Part shown: positions 11,501 through 19,042 of the stretch, in pieces
Numbering within the stretch: the stretch's first letter is position 1
Layout of the letters: the number at the start of each line of letters is the position of its first letter
IMG/VR virus record: IMGVR_UViG_3300032038_000060
Span: 1-64,000 of that record
Strand: one strand, 5' to 3'
Length of the DNA: 64,000 nt
Source of the DNA: a virus
Taxonomy: Duplodnaviria > Caudoviricetes
The notes under the pieces: model-generated
Databases searched by the model: none
Told to the model about the DNA's origin: nothing
What the model saw: only the letters and a program-made list of their open reading frames with translations
Made by a program: the position numbers and the translations under genes

Positions 11501-11572
11501 GGCAGAGGCGGTCTGATTGATAGCTACGACACTGGCAAGAAGACTGTCAACAGTCACGGGGAGAGGTACTAA
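2594..11572 (+). CDS. Tail tape measure protein
   Basis: 2992 aa, Ala/Gln/Lys/Glu-rich helical protein. TP901-type core ('MGEVQKTTNL', 'ASAGQLG', 'SIDQVAALGSTI') and C-terminal 'THLTNGPEFHLVGERGREAII' and 'FADGN' motifs. Confidence 0.9.
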   Translation: MSNKIALATIQFRADAKGANVALESLRSSADNARRTVNEMQAALDKGIKTMKDSTGVEFNVADRLRAATKEAKGFESAIHELMKGATALEEVVRNIRLGEIEKSSRAELKGAINAAESRKRSVRGSDEDSLKMQRELNIVIEESRKQLNNLDRDTQKVIDTLKNGGTVAESVLNKEQKGLQEILSLIPKGTEEYKQYAAQLKEIKTLVANIKQQEQIKATSLLGDQNLGKYTEEQIRAAIDAGKLLIQTYKTASPEAKALADNIARAEQHLKNYGIEAARAAAKEAEQIKTQEQAEKQLRITMNGRLRELPKLSAEALAETKKYWEAQKAGAAMGSAELAKYETNLKKIANQEEKRRRAQLDNVLTQPGQYGVAEVKAATQEMEKLRDSVKQGSAAWLHYNKMVEQGKAYLDGLALQKVETQMQNLSTLSAAGLAEVKKYWEAQVSGAALGSRELDEYKVKLEQVTAEEQRRTQLQAQQRVGVLSSGNLGQYTETQIRQAIEAGQQLIKTYATGSTEAQELAQKIVAAEQHLRQYGVEAERTAAKEAEAVRKAAEERAKNDALMKEQLQKQGALLSESALKQQQQYWQRLIDDPKTAASSLQEYKRNLLDVQRAQQAQTQIKGQEALTFFRGDTSNASAAQIKEQADALKKYRDSLPQQTNASIIQEIDGYLAKTGKTAEKATQEMIELSKAMSVSANSGKSAFGISKQNMEQLDFLKEQKRLLEEQMASVAKGSFTWQELNRELAEVNAQMQRLPFAGTTEDLQKAQKAIEQALATTDKGTPKYERLRMALSRIKAEMAGAGISAQKTQEVLANPKAEKSMDVLKAAIARARAEMDVMGQRAERLRYLIEQASGSETSRHRLESLQKELRKTEADMAQLTKGTKECDFAQKQLANTSKGAASSFEKAWSRLKTYITLYVGAAVAIQKITASLGDLMELSDKMGEVQKTTNLNAEAVGRLSEKLKALDVRTPLADLMAVSASAGQLGLKTEEDIMGFTEAANKMMIALPEMGKEAATEMMRVAIATGEVDKIRKEMSQGLIEGSSATAVAMEKIASTVDRLRASSASTAPEITDFVKRVGAVGAQSGISIDQVAALGSTISSLGMRVEMSATALSRMIPAIKNNAFSVAKAIGVTPETLRNLFETGRGMEAILLIFQHLKDAGKDADSIEKMLGLGGMQDVMKQLNQQGARAGIVFAGLSQNVDELRKQLGVANQAYEENIAIQREFDRMNDTAAAKWERLKNQFEEFFIGDASQRFMGGLIDTLRGFVDVLTGNVGPALQTVTVLIHTFLAYWGALKLGLGEAIFVKAWEGLKNLGTTLSGLTTTTQRTIVYTKLLAKANEELAVATTAVAQAETRQKVAAIEARMAQEGLNKAMVANIWMAVAVAVGALVLQVVRWIDAANEAGKEAAKFESELIREQIQVDNLTESIGKARAKIDETNKDVEKAQKAFNEAKKSLDGTRESTDRLTKAETELIEKQEAQRKALAEHKRMIEQFNTEYGKYLGFMLSEVSSNIELAQARELVNDKLRETITLKKREAAITRVENKYGEDRDDAYASLLGAARYASTSKDNTGKMVQDPTKAAKVMNAITKAANNDKLSREQFEKTITSFFKENKVGYRGTSLLSKALDYFDEVKKVREKTNDVLEQYKGEDKANREQSQKGLERQYTAAVGTYLDLQRKYVKATGDARKQAAADMLKQMDSINEMVDNSSNYFDMTEEDEKRSYNTFIKNGDARLKGMNAQREKLLKEAGNAYQSRKKVGGGETSSIKTNPWGGSHEAESIDWKNMNADQLVARRKQMNEFVKAIQTDSDVQSVLKEDAALKKAIEKGMSSDMRTVIEWYNTERLKIQDELHARHLTNTGDWQDPKKQAARKKQFTDEMKAYLEELDAYYTERNQKIQNARNDEEITEGEAWRQTIENESEWHQRRAELQKMYSNKSAEVVKDEQDAIHSIIAKRTGDDVAYIEKSIQKTKQFAEQVRKADPRGEDEYRKWQADLGLGWEKDFMQQAKAIGKQVKFMTDTLAKERPFNGITENLELNLTKMGILVGNVPDKMHFLLGQIEDAYTLDVKQMVDRVAQAGFTEWAKQLQGDVSMQQAMLAQLRTAYEAVQEAIRKEGARIKKDADMMWKLALTPDGKNLKQEIDAAMVNMTQQQEAVSRANSLIGAGTASENVASRVAIKQMQLQLSVQQAQFALMRKMGDEKAQYLDQLAEQYEKENKLKEAERARLDAENVRKSLDIAITEEKKKQAEITKHIAKEQEEIQNRLYKDLRELSGLLTKGLQGVFEAVNFYNSSDYNNLAVTRAGGSYNKNTTKTTSYSTSSKVTDTGKHSTSTSASSTSTKTNKTDSSDASQASKSSYSDTNRDQSVNRSATSDTHSTTNTSQSKTSTTTTEKIQSYYIIDNAGTKDAVAREVEMSEEEYYEKKIELDRDNAIKEAWKNLLDELNMKMSETITDQINAMFQQEAIDTNTAALRLNTDALTGLTAALGASPETRNQKPETGDWARDAQGMALDDSGNIVYPIHPTETESAKPLFPTSAEDWEKTREQMGETFQFAGEKMIETNEMLNEAGVKPLFPQPMTDDEVTKTIDNYGLIQDSMAEKVIETGQMVQDAGVQPLTPQMMSDEEVQAQIDQANTLAQGKIDAQNAVAANKVNTDQQQVKSETSTDQQMTTSANSMYAKMIQAANLYGIAYQAMSNDNLNTAQKFEMIAVQAAGQAAISALTASMSQNAAQVAADTPAVASKTFAQLGPIGGPAAFAAITALLGGLLGVAVSKIAKSKQEIAQATGVSASGTNVSAGKLMTGMLTYGEGNVNEFTDPSSLTPGRSYNVDSADGRTYRARYMGADPKTHLTNGPEFHLVGERGREAIIDAHTTRLMQMDDTGIWQAIQTLYNGGSLRHSVMRRKGRGMAAFADGNIDEFETTADGGGLMAGGAGLSPEQMMALQASIDRQSDLLERAMTDGIHAYFDVYGRGGLIDSYDTGKKTVNSHGERY

Positions 11573-11600
11573 AGCCTCTCCGCCTTAGGCGGCGGGCTTT
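11573..11600 (+). terminator. Terminator-like hairpin after the tape measure gene
   Basis: aagcc..ccgcc-tta-ggcgg..ggcttt immediately after the stop codon. Confidence 0.5.
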
Positions 11601-11960
11601 GGTTTCAGGTTTCAAGGTTTCAGGTGGCTGGCGCATGGGCGGTGGGCTTTGGTTTCAGGTTTCAAGTTTCAGGTTTACCTCCGGTCTGGGCTTTGAAAAA
11701 AAACCGAGAAAACATCTTTCTTCGGTCTTGAAGCTCTTGCGAGCCTTTATGTTAAGCGTTACGCCTGTGTCATTGAAAGTACACTCTCATGCCACCGCAT
11801 AACTCTTATCATATCCACCACCGTGGTTACAAGCCCTCGAAAGCAAAAACCCCGGCCTGAGCTCATCGCCGGCCTGGAAAACCAGTTATACCATTTGACT
11901 CCCTCATGTTTTTACTTGTCAGTCTAATACAATATTTGGTTTTTCTGATTGTGAAAACAA

Positions 11961-12133
11961 TCGGGGTTTTTTCTGACAAGGCACTGCCTTACTGTAAGGA
12001 AGGTGCAGAGGTTCAGGGAAGGGTGACATGGGAGCTCGCTCACGATGGCGCAATTACTTGAAGCACTGCAAGATCTTAACAAGACCAGTGCCGATGGCAG
12101 GGTTTTTTAGGTTTTTGTTTCCATACGCAAAGG
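11961..12133. ncRNA. Candidate structured RNA, element A (paralog of 13080-13253)
   Basis: Colinear similarity to element B. Two hairpins keep their pairing despite substitutions. Shared tail gggttttttaggtttttgtt..cgcaaagg. Confidence 0.4.
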
Positions 12134-12197
12134 AGGGTTAAGGTTAGGGTTAACGTTAAGGTTGAATTAAATTAGAAACTTATATTTAACAATTTTT

Positions 12198-12698
12198 ATG
12201 AAGTGGTTCAGAAATTTATTTAAGAAGAAATCTACCTCCCCTGAGGAGGCCGTACCTCTCACCATCGAGGGTGTAGAGCCTGCTCCTATGACACCGGAGC
12301 CTGACGATGCAGAACTGGCTGCACAAGCCATTCTTGAAACGCTGGCAGAGCCGAAGGCGGCAACGAAAACGAAGACGAAAACAAAAAAGAAAACCGTGAA
12401 CCGTGAACCCTTAACCGAGAACCGTGCCTCTGCCGACCATTTTCGTGAGCTCGCGAAAAAGATACGCCAGGCACATGAGCAGTCACGGCAACGGACGCTG
12501 CGGTTTATATGTTACTGCGAGCAGGAACTGCAAAAGCCTGATCTGCCGGAGGTGGGTAAGGGCTCGCTCAGTCTGCTGGAGGCAGAACTGTATAAGCGCA
12601 TCGACACGGTAGAGCGCGAGGGTGGCGACTTGAAACGCCGCTGGCAGCACTGCCTGGCCGAGGTTACAGTAAGGCGGATAGGAGTGGATAACGGTTAA
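12198..12698 (+). CDS. Hypothetical protein (coiled-coil)
   Basis: 166-aa ORF with an AT-rich leader. No recognisable motif. Confidence 0.6.
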   Translation: MKWFRNLFKKKSTSPEEAVPLTIEGVEPAPMTPEPDDAELAAQAILETLAEPKAATKTKTKTKKKTVNREPLTENRASADHFRELAKKIRQAHEQSRQRTLRFICYCEQELQKPDLPEVGKGSLSLLEAELYKRIDTVEREGGDLKRRWQHCLAEVTVRRIGVDNG

Positions 12699-12825
12699 CG
12701 GTTAGAGGTTAGAGAGGGCTGCGCGGTGGGCTCAGACCGAGGTTTTTCCATGATAGTATGCGGAAAACCTGTTAGGGTGTGTGATGTGAGGTGGGCGCTT
12801 TGGATGGATGCTTGCATACAAGAAA

Positions 12826-12908
12826 AAGCGAATGCCTCGCATCATAAGGTGCTGCAGGCACTCGCATACTGTCATGGGGTTTTTTAGGTTTTTGTTAATA
12901 CTCGCAAA
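12826..12908. ncRNA. Candidate structured RNA, element C (partial paralog)
   Basis: Hairpin gcga-a-tgcct..gcatc[ataa]ggtgc..aggca-c-tcgc followed by the same ggggttttttaggtttttgtt..cgcaaagg tail. Confidence 0.35.
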
Positions 12909-13079
12909 GGGGATAGGGTTTTGTTTCCATACGCACCTCGTGCTTTTTCATTAGTATTCATGGGACTTGGAGACATAAAACGTGAAAGGCAAAACGCAAT
13001 TAGAAACATGCGTTTAACATTTATTATGTTTAAGGGAGTCAAGTACATTTCTGTGTTTTTTTAGCGACTGATGAAGGAG

Positions 13080-13253
13080 CGGGGTTTTTCCTGACAAGGC
13101 ATAAACCTGACGCAAGGCAGGTGTAGAAGTTCAAGGACTGACGACATAGGAGCTTGTTCATAGTGACGGCAGAACTTGAATTGCGACATCAGTCTGTAAA
13201 GACTTTATGTCGATGGCAGGGGTTTTTTAGGTTTTTGTTTATCTTCGCAAAGG
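13080..13253. ncRNA. Candidate structured RNA, element B
   Basis: Paralog of element A. Hairpins cctg-ac[gcaa]gg-cagg and gacat-c-agtct[gtaa]agact-tt-atgtc. Confidence 0.4.
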
Positions 13254-13459
13254 GGCACAAAAAAGCGCCACCCCAATGAAAAGCTACAACATGGGATGGC
13301 GCGAGGGATGACACGAAAGTCATCCGCTGCATGGCTTTCTTAGGACAATTAATATACAAAAGCAGCACCTCACGGTGGTTATGGAAAAATGAGTGTAAGC
13401 AAATATCGCAGGAAACAGTCCTGACTCCAGAAAGAGTTCACAGAACTGATTTCTGAGTG

Positions 13460-13491
13460 CAAAGGTACTACTTTTTTATGTATCTCGCAAA
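13460..13491 (-). promoter_or_regulatory. Host-type promoter TTTG-N20-TACCTTTG pointing into the ORF-poor region
   Basis: caaaggta 13460-13467 and caaa 13488-13491, exactly 20 nt apart. Confidence 0.7.
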
Positions 13492-14034
13492 TAATCAGTG
13501 AGTTATCTTCGCCGCCGCAAAAAATATTTTTAAGGAGTTCCGCCGTTCGCAGCATCTTATATTTTTGTAAAATACCGCGTAATGTATTGATTTACAATTA
13601 TTTATAATATATTTTTGCGGTTATATATATTTTTTCCTTAATATAAAGTATAGTAAAAATAAATAAAAGTTATCTATATATTATATGTAATAGACTGATA
13701 ATCAATCTTTTCTTTTCTTTGTTAAATCCTTTTTATATAATGAGGAGAGCGGGGAGTTCTTACCTTTCAGAGAAAGATATGATTTGTAGGAATATTTTAT
13801 GTTTATAAAAGGTTTTGTCTAAAAACGGGGGTTTTTCGGGAACAGGGTGTTTTTAGGCTTGTAACTTGTTGATTTTCATATATGTTACATGTGCCCAGAC
13901 GCTTTAGGAACTGAACAAGGCTAAAAGGGTGCGAAATTTGTCGTAACTTATTGATTATCAGGTGCGCCCCTAAATCGTACCAAAAGTGCCCAAATAAACA
14001 TTTTTTCGGGGAATTAAAGATAACTCGCAGATTA

Positions 14035-14066
14035 TTTGTGAGGAATTAAAATAATGCGTACCTTTG
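14035..14066 (+). promoter_or_regulatory. Host-type promoter TTTG-N20-TACCTTTG
   Basis: tttg 14035-14038 and tacctttg 14059-14066, upstream of the ATG at 14083. Confidence 0.75.
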
Positions 14067-14082
14067 CAGAAAATTAAAACCG

Positions 14083-14682
14083 ATGACGAACAATACCTAT
14101 ACTATGCCGGCGATATGCTGGCTGAAGATTACTGACTACATGAGGCCGTGGATGGAGCATGAGCTTGGCGGCGAGGTGAGGGCTGGCGAACAGCGTGTGA
14201 TATGCGTACAGCATCTTCCTGGGGCGCGTGAAATACTCCGGATGGAAACGAAGGAGGAGATGATGGAGCAGCGTATCGTCGGCAATACTATGTCGGCCAC
14301 CTTACGCAACTGTATTGATGCAGGCATGGTACTGGATGCTTCGGCAGTAGAAAGGATGTATGGTATTACAAAAGAGAATCTGAAAGCGTATATGCCAATA
14401 GAGTGTCCGAAGATGTGCCTGACGAAGGACGGCGTACTGCGCCCGTGGACTCAGGATGTGTATTTCGGACGACAGCAGGCTATAGATTTGCAAAGGCTGC
14501 TGAGAGTGGAATATTGGAAGGCGGTAGAGAGATTCAACGAAAGTTACAAGCGCAAAAAGAACGGACGCTGGTATCCTGCGGTCGAGATGATTGAGGACTT
14601 CTGCCAGGAGACGAACACTCCGGACATGTATATCGAGGCCATCAGGAGGGAGTGGCAGAGGAGGTGCAAATCAAAGGCGTAG
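14083..14682 (+). CDS. Conserved-looking phage protein, possible DNA-binding regulator
   Basis: 199 aa. The C-terminal 'AVEMIEDFCQETNTPDMYIEAIRREWQRR' is helix-turn-helix-like. Has its own host-type promoter. Confidence 0.5.
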   Translation: MTNNTYTMPAICWLKITDYMRPWMEHELGGEVRAGEQRVICVQHLPGAREILRMETKEEMMEQRIVGNTMSATLRNCIDAGMVLDASAVERMYGITKENLKAYMPIECPKMCLTKDGVLRPWTQDVYFGRQQAIDLQRLLRVEYWKAVERFNESYKRKKNGRWYPAVEMIEDFCQETNTPDMYIEAIRREWQRRCKSKA

Positions 14683-14700
14683 GCTTTGATTTGGGTTTCA

Positions 14701-14809
14701 GGTTTGACTTCGTCGATACTCCCAAGTTCTCCCAGTTCTGTCTAAGCCTCTTCGCAGAAGCAACATCGGCTTGACATCACTGGTCGCTTTGGGCGCATTC
14801 AGGTTTCAA
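14701..14809. repeat. 109-bp exact repeat (copy 1), REP-like structured element
   Basis: Identical to 21580-21688. Confidence 0.95.
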
Positions 14810-14827
14810 GTTTCAGGTTTCAAGCCG

Positions 14828-15487
14828 TCAGCCGCGCATACTTTTGCCTTCAAAGACTATTACCTTCGTAATAGCTCTGAGGCGGTCGAGGGTGCGAAGG
14901 CCATAGCGGCCTTCGATGGAAGGTATGGCAGTGTCTGTGGCGCGAGTGGTACGCAGGTTGGTGGTAAGGACAAGCAGACCGCCGCGACGCTCGCAGCTGT
15001 CAACGATTTCGTTGAAGGGAATGTGACGGTTGCCATAAATGTTAACCTCCACGGGCTCGGTACCGATGTCGTCGATAAACAGGAGTGCGCCACACTTATC
15101 CTGTATTGTATCAAACTTCTGTGTCATGTCGATGGCCGTATAGCAGTTAGGGACTTTTCTGGCATAGCGGTTTATTAGCACCGGGATGATGTACTGACAG
15201 ATTACTGTCTTACCCAGACCGCAACTTCCCTGGCATAGCAGTCCCCTACCCTTGTTATCCGTTAGCCATTCAACCACCTTGTCATAGGCTGGGAGCCACT
15301 GATACTTCTCACCGAGATAATATTGCAGGCCAGCACGCAGCTTTGCCTCTGCATCAGCGATGTGTATATGATGCTGCAGTTCTACTCGCGGTGTGTAGTT
15401 ATACAACGCTTTACCATCATGTCTGCTGGTGAGGTCGGCCACTCCGGCCCCGAAGTCATTCACGAGATTTTGATTTTCCATTACCAT
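14828..15487 (-). CDS. DnaC/IstB-like AAA+ ATPase (helicase loader)
   Basis: Walker A GSCGLGKT, Walker B LFIDDIGTE, sensor LTTNL. Overlaps the end of the Rep gene. Confidence 0.85.
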   Translation of the reverse strand: MVMENQNLVNDFGAGVADLTSRHDGKALYNYTPRVELQHHIHIADAEAKLRAGLQYYLGEKYQWLPAYDKVVEWLTDNKGRGLLCQGSCGLGKTVICQYIIPVLINRYARKVPNCYTAIDMTQKFDTIQDKCGALLFIDDIGTEPVEVNIYGNRHIPFNEIVDSCERRGGLLVLTTNLRTTRATDTAIPSIEGRYGLRTLDRLRAITKVIVFEGKSMRG

Positions 15488-16770
15488 TCCTTCTGTCCTT
15501 TAAAATAATCTTCTGTCGTATTCTGTATTATAGTGTCATTCCCACTACCCTTCTTCAGCGGCTGTGATGACACCTCTTGTGCGGAGGTGAAGCATTTGTT
15601 TTCCTCCTCACGGATATAATCGTCTATGGCCTTATGAGTCCATGCTGCGATGTTACGGACATCGCTGTGTCTGCCTGCCATGAACTCGTCGTGCCACGTC
15701 TGCAGCTGTATGACAAACCCGGGCATGATAACGGGTGTTACACGACGGAGCAGGGCACGTGCCTGGTTGATGTGGAGTCGGAAAAATTCTATCATAAGTT
15801 TCTGACATAACTCACGGTTTGGGGCGTAATCATTTTCTTCTTGAATGGTTCGTCCGGCTTCTGTGGGCAATATAGTAAAGGCCACTGAATCAGGTCGTTT
15901 ATATGGTGGCAGAGGTGTTCCATGTAATAATCCCTGGTAGGTGAAGGTGAAGTCAGAACCTCCACTCTCTGCAAGTTTATCAAGTTCTTTCTGGGCCTGA
16001 TTGAGTACCTTTTCGCAGAACTGACTCCATGAACCATAACGATTCTCACGTTCAGGATCGTCGCTATCCTTTACAAAACCAAGACGTGTGCGTAAATCGC
16101 GCATAGGTATAACAAACTGTTCACTCTTTAGCCGACGCCATTCTTCAGAAAGGTATATGTATAGGGGGTATGAAAAACTGCTACGCAGACGACCTGCTGT
16201 ATATCCTATAAACCGAGTATAGTTACTGAAGAGATTTATATCAAGAATATTTTCTGCCGTAAGTCGTGGAATGATAACTGTAAAATCAGTACCTATAAAT
16301 TTTCCGCCCTCGCGCTTGCCATGTATCTGCATCAAATTCTCTGTACGGAAGGACCCCGGATTATTTTTGTCTGGGATAAAGCATTGCACATGAGTAAGGG
16401 ACGCAAGAACAATTCGCGCCTCTTCATAATGTGTATCGTCGGCTATATCGGACATGTGAAGTTTGAAAAGGATATCGCCCTCGTTATAAATATCCCTCTT
16501 CTCCCTGACGACCTCAAATTCATCCGTAATAAAGTTTAGGTATAATTGTCCGGTCTTGTCAGCCTGTGGCATCTTGGCAATGCGCCACAAACCTTGCAGA
16601 CGCTGGAGCACGGCTATCAGCACACGGTAGCCAGTAACCTTATTCATCATCGGTAAGTGGGCCAACTGACGGGGCTGTGTAATCAAGTCCTGAAGACTTA
16701 GAGTAACGGCTTTTTTCTTCTTTTTCTTTGCCTTGGGTTTAGTTCCTTCGGCAGATTTCTTTGTAACCAT
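15481..16770 (-). CDS. Plasmid-type replication initiator (Rep_3/RepB-like winged helix)
   Basis: Start MVTKK at 16770, below a promoter at 16798-16829. 'LRSSFSYPLYIYLSEEW', 'IPMRDLRTRLG' and 'YGSWSQFCEKVLNQAQKEL' fit the Rep_3 pattern. Adjacent to iterons. Confidence 0.8.
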   Translation of the reverse strand: MVTKKSAEGTKPKAKKKKKKAVTLSLQDLITQPRQLAHLPMMNKVTGYRVLIAVLQRLQGLWRIAKMPQADKTGQLYLNFITDEFEVVREKRDIYNEGDILFKLHMSDIADDTHYEEARIVLASLTHVQCFIPDKNNPGSFRTENLMQIHGKREGGKFIGTDFTVIIPRLTAENILDINLFSNYTRFIGYTAGRLRSSFSYPLYIYLSEEWRRLKSEQFVIPMRDLRTRLGFVKDSDDPERENRYGSWSQFCEKVLNQAQKELDKLAESGGSDFTFTYQGLLHGTPLPPYKRPDSVAFTILPTEAGRTIQEENDYAPNRELCQKLMIEFFRLHINQARALLRRVTPVIMPGFVIQLQTWHDEFMAGRHSDVRNIAAWTHKAIDDYIREEENKCFTSAQEVSSQPLKKGSGNDTIIQNTTEDYFKGQKEW

Positions 16771-16797
16771 AAGAGTATTTTTTGTTGTAGCTGGGTG

Positions 16798-16829
16798 CAA
16801 AGGTAAGTATTTAAATCGTAACCTCCAAA
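16798..16829 (-). promoter_or_regulatory. Host-type promoter TTTG-N20-TACCTTTG for rep/dnaC
   Basis: caaaggta 16798-16805 and caaa 16826-16829. Confidence 0.75.
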
Positions 16830-17013
16830 TTTTTTGAAAGATTTTTTTATTTTTAATTGCATTTTTATTTGTTTTGATATTCAGAGATTTACATTTCATG
16901 GCCTTATATTTTGGGCAAGCACAACTATAAATTCGGAAAACCTTTCCTTATATTTAGGGCAGTTCTGGCTGCTATTTCGGTAAATAAAATCTTCATTTTC
17001 GAGAAACTTCTTT

Positions 17014-17586
17014 ACCTACCAATTCGGAAAACTACCACCTACCAACTCGGGAAACTGATTGTATTTTACCTACCAATTCGGGAAACTGTCACCTACCAAT
17101 TCGGGCAATTATAACCTACCATCAGAGGAAAATGATACCTACCAACACGGAAAACCACCACCTACCAATTCGGGAAACTTTCTCTTGTAACTTATTGATA
17201 ACCAGTACGGATATCTGCCCATATATAGTATTTCTATATAATATTCTATATGGATTCTATAGGAAAAACGATTCGGGGAAAATCATATTTTTATGGGGAA
17301 AGGATATCTCGGACATATTTATAATTTTACCTACCAATTCGGAAAACCACCTCTTCCGGCAAATTACCGGCAAATAAAAACGCATTGATATACAAGCACT
17401 TACAGAGCGCATGGATTTCCTGCGCAAATAAAACAATCCTGAAGGTTTTCCGGAAACATAGGTTTCCCGAATACGTAGGCATTACGTGTACGCGCGTAAA
17501 CACAAGCGCCTTGTGCAGGTTTCCCAAATTGGTAGGCGCATGTGCTCGCGCTATACAACGCCCACGAGTTTTCCGAAATAGTAGGT
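17014..17586. repeat. Iteron array / replication origin (consensus ACCTACCAATTCGGRAAA)
   Basis: Direct copies start at 17014, 17037, 17068, 17091, 17114 (degenerate), 17137, 17160 and 17329, mostly 23 bp apart. Inverted copies at about 17463-17480, 17520-17537 and 17569-17586. Confidence 0.85.
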
Positions 17587-17669
17587 AAAGTTCCCGTTTT
17601 GTCCGAAAACAAAAATCGCCAGCAATCTGGATGACTGCTGACGAGATTGTTACATTTTGTAATTGTTTG

Positions 17670-18050
17670 TCACTTAGTGTATGTCGTGGTGAGCTGCGAT
17701 GCCATTTCGCGGAAGCGCTTATAATCTTCGTCGCTGATCGTACCAGAGGAACGTAGGCCGTCAATAATGAACATATAGATAGCACGGTGCTTTGGGGTGT
17801 CGCTGTCCGTACAGTAATGCTGTAGAGCATTAAACACCTCCTTTGGCATAATGGTTGTTGCCTTCTTGGTAGGGAATGGCATTACTACCCCGCCCTGCTT
17901 ATTCTGCACACTTTGTATAACAGTCTGGGGGTGCTGCACTTGTTGTGGTTCAATATCCAAACCTGCTATTTGTGTATTCTCTTCGTTGGCTATTGCCGTG
18001 TCAATACGGCTCTGTAAAGAACGGCGCTGTGGTTGATTTTTAGTACTCAT
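17670..18050 (-). CDS. Small partition partner, probable ribbon-helix-helix (ParG-like) centromere-binding protein
   Basis: 126 aa directly downstream of parA. 'ATTIMPKEVFNALQHYCTDSDTPKHRAIYMFIIDGL' is strand-helix-helix-like. Confidence 0.5.
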   Translation of the reverse strand: MSTKNQPQRRSLQSRIDTAIANEENTQIAGLDIEPQQVQHPQTVIQSVQNKQGGVVMPFPTKKATTIMPKEVFNALQHYCTDSDTPKHRAIYMFIIDGLRSSGTISDEDYKRFREMASQLTTTYTK

Positions 18051-18120
18051 AGTTAATTCATGTTATGCAACCGCACAAATATGCAAATGTGCAAATGCGT
18101 GGTTGCTGGTTAATATTTTT

Positions 18121-18984
18121 TTATTTACCCCATTTCTTTAAATATTCATTAGCGAGTGCAATGAAATCATCGGTAGCGCGTCCACGTCCTTTGCGATAAG
18201 AGAATATGTCATGACACATACCAGGCTGATTGTCAAAGTCTCTGTCTTGCGAGTTAGGAACATCGTTGGTTCTGCTGATAACGGTCTTAAACACATCGCC
18301 CTCTGCGCGTAGAGCTTCTTCATAACTCTTAGCGCTGTTCAGACGGGAATCCTTCTTGGTTAACAGAACACCATGTATCTGAAGGTTCGGATTAGAGACC
18401 TTCTTTATCTTCATTATCTTACCGATTGTCTCTACATAGCCATCCACTGCCAGCGGTTCAAGTTCTACTGGTATTATTATTCCCGTAGCTGCACACACGA
18501 CATTAACGGTTACACGCGACATCGCAGGCTGTGTGTCGATGAAGACAAAATCGAAAGCACTCTCCCACTCTTTCAGACCTTCGCCTGTATGGTCGTCAAT
18601 AGGCTCGGCGAAAAGAGATTTCAGAACACGTACAGGGTCTGTCACTTTTGTGCTGTTGAGATAGACATCTGCATCTGCCATATTCTTTGAGGATGGAGTA
18701 AAATACAGTCCTATTTCATTACGATATACCGGAATGTTTGCACCAAGACAGATAGCATTGAAAATGGTGGGCTCTCCTGGATTGTCTTTCGTCCCCTCGC
18801 GAGCCATATCCCATCCTGCCGATACAGAGAGATTACATTGTGGGTCAGTGTCTATAATAAGCACCTTGTAACCTTGCTTACTGATGGCTGCTGCCAGATT
18901 AAGTGTTGTTGTGGTCTTTCCTGCCCCACCCTTACTGTTGCTCACGGCGACAATGTGCCTGAGATGTGTTTCTTTCTTTTTCAT
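18121..18984 (-). CDS. parA: ParA/Soj family partition ATPase
   Basis: Deviant Walker A 'SNSKGGAGKTTT', 'LIIDTDPQCNL' and 'FVFIDTQP'. Confidence 0.95.
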   Translation of the reverse strand: MKKKETHLRHIVAVSNSKGGAGKTTTTLNLAAAISKQGYKVLIIDTDPQCNLSVSAGWDMAREGTKDNPGEPTIFNAICLGANIPVYRNEIGLYFTPSSKNMADADVYLNSTKVTDPVRVLKSLFAEPIDDHTGEGLKEWESAFDFVFIDTQPAMSRVTVNVVCAATGIIIPVELEPLAVDGYVETIGKIMKIKKVSNPNLQIHGVLLTKKDSRLNSAKSYEEALRAEGDVFKTVISRTNDVPNSQDRDFDNQPGMCHDIFSYRKGRGRATDDFIALANEYLKKWGK

Positions 18985-19042
18985 TGTTGTAGCTTTTAAA
19001 AATGAGTAAAATATTTTTTTAATAATAATATTTCCTTATTAT

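Noticed and set aside
11896-13044. 9-bp inverted repeat ttgactccc/gggagtcaa flanking ORF 12198 as an invertible segment
   Set aside because: Too short to exceed chance, and no invertase is present.
11961-13253. Possible CRISPR or mini-array
   Set aside because: The shared units are hundreds of bases apart with irregular spacing, and no cas genes are present. The iterons at 17014-17346 are also not CRISPR because their spacers are only about 5 nt.
16771-16899. 43-aa N-terminal extension of Rep in the ORF track
   Set aside because: It spans the canonical promoter at 16798-16829, so the start at 16770 is preferred.
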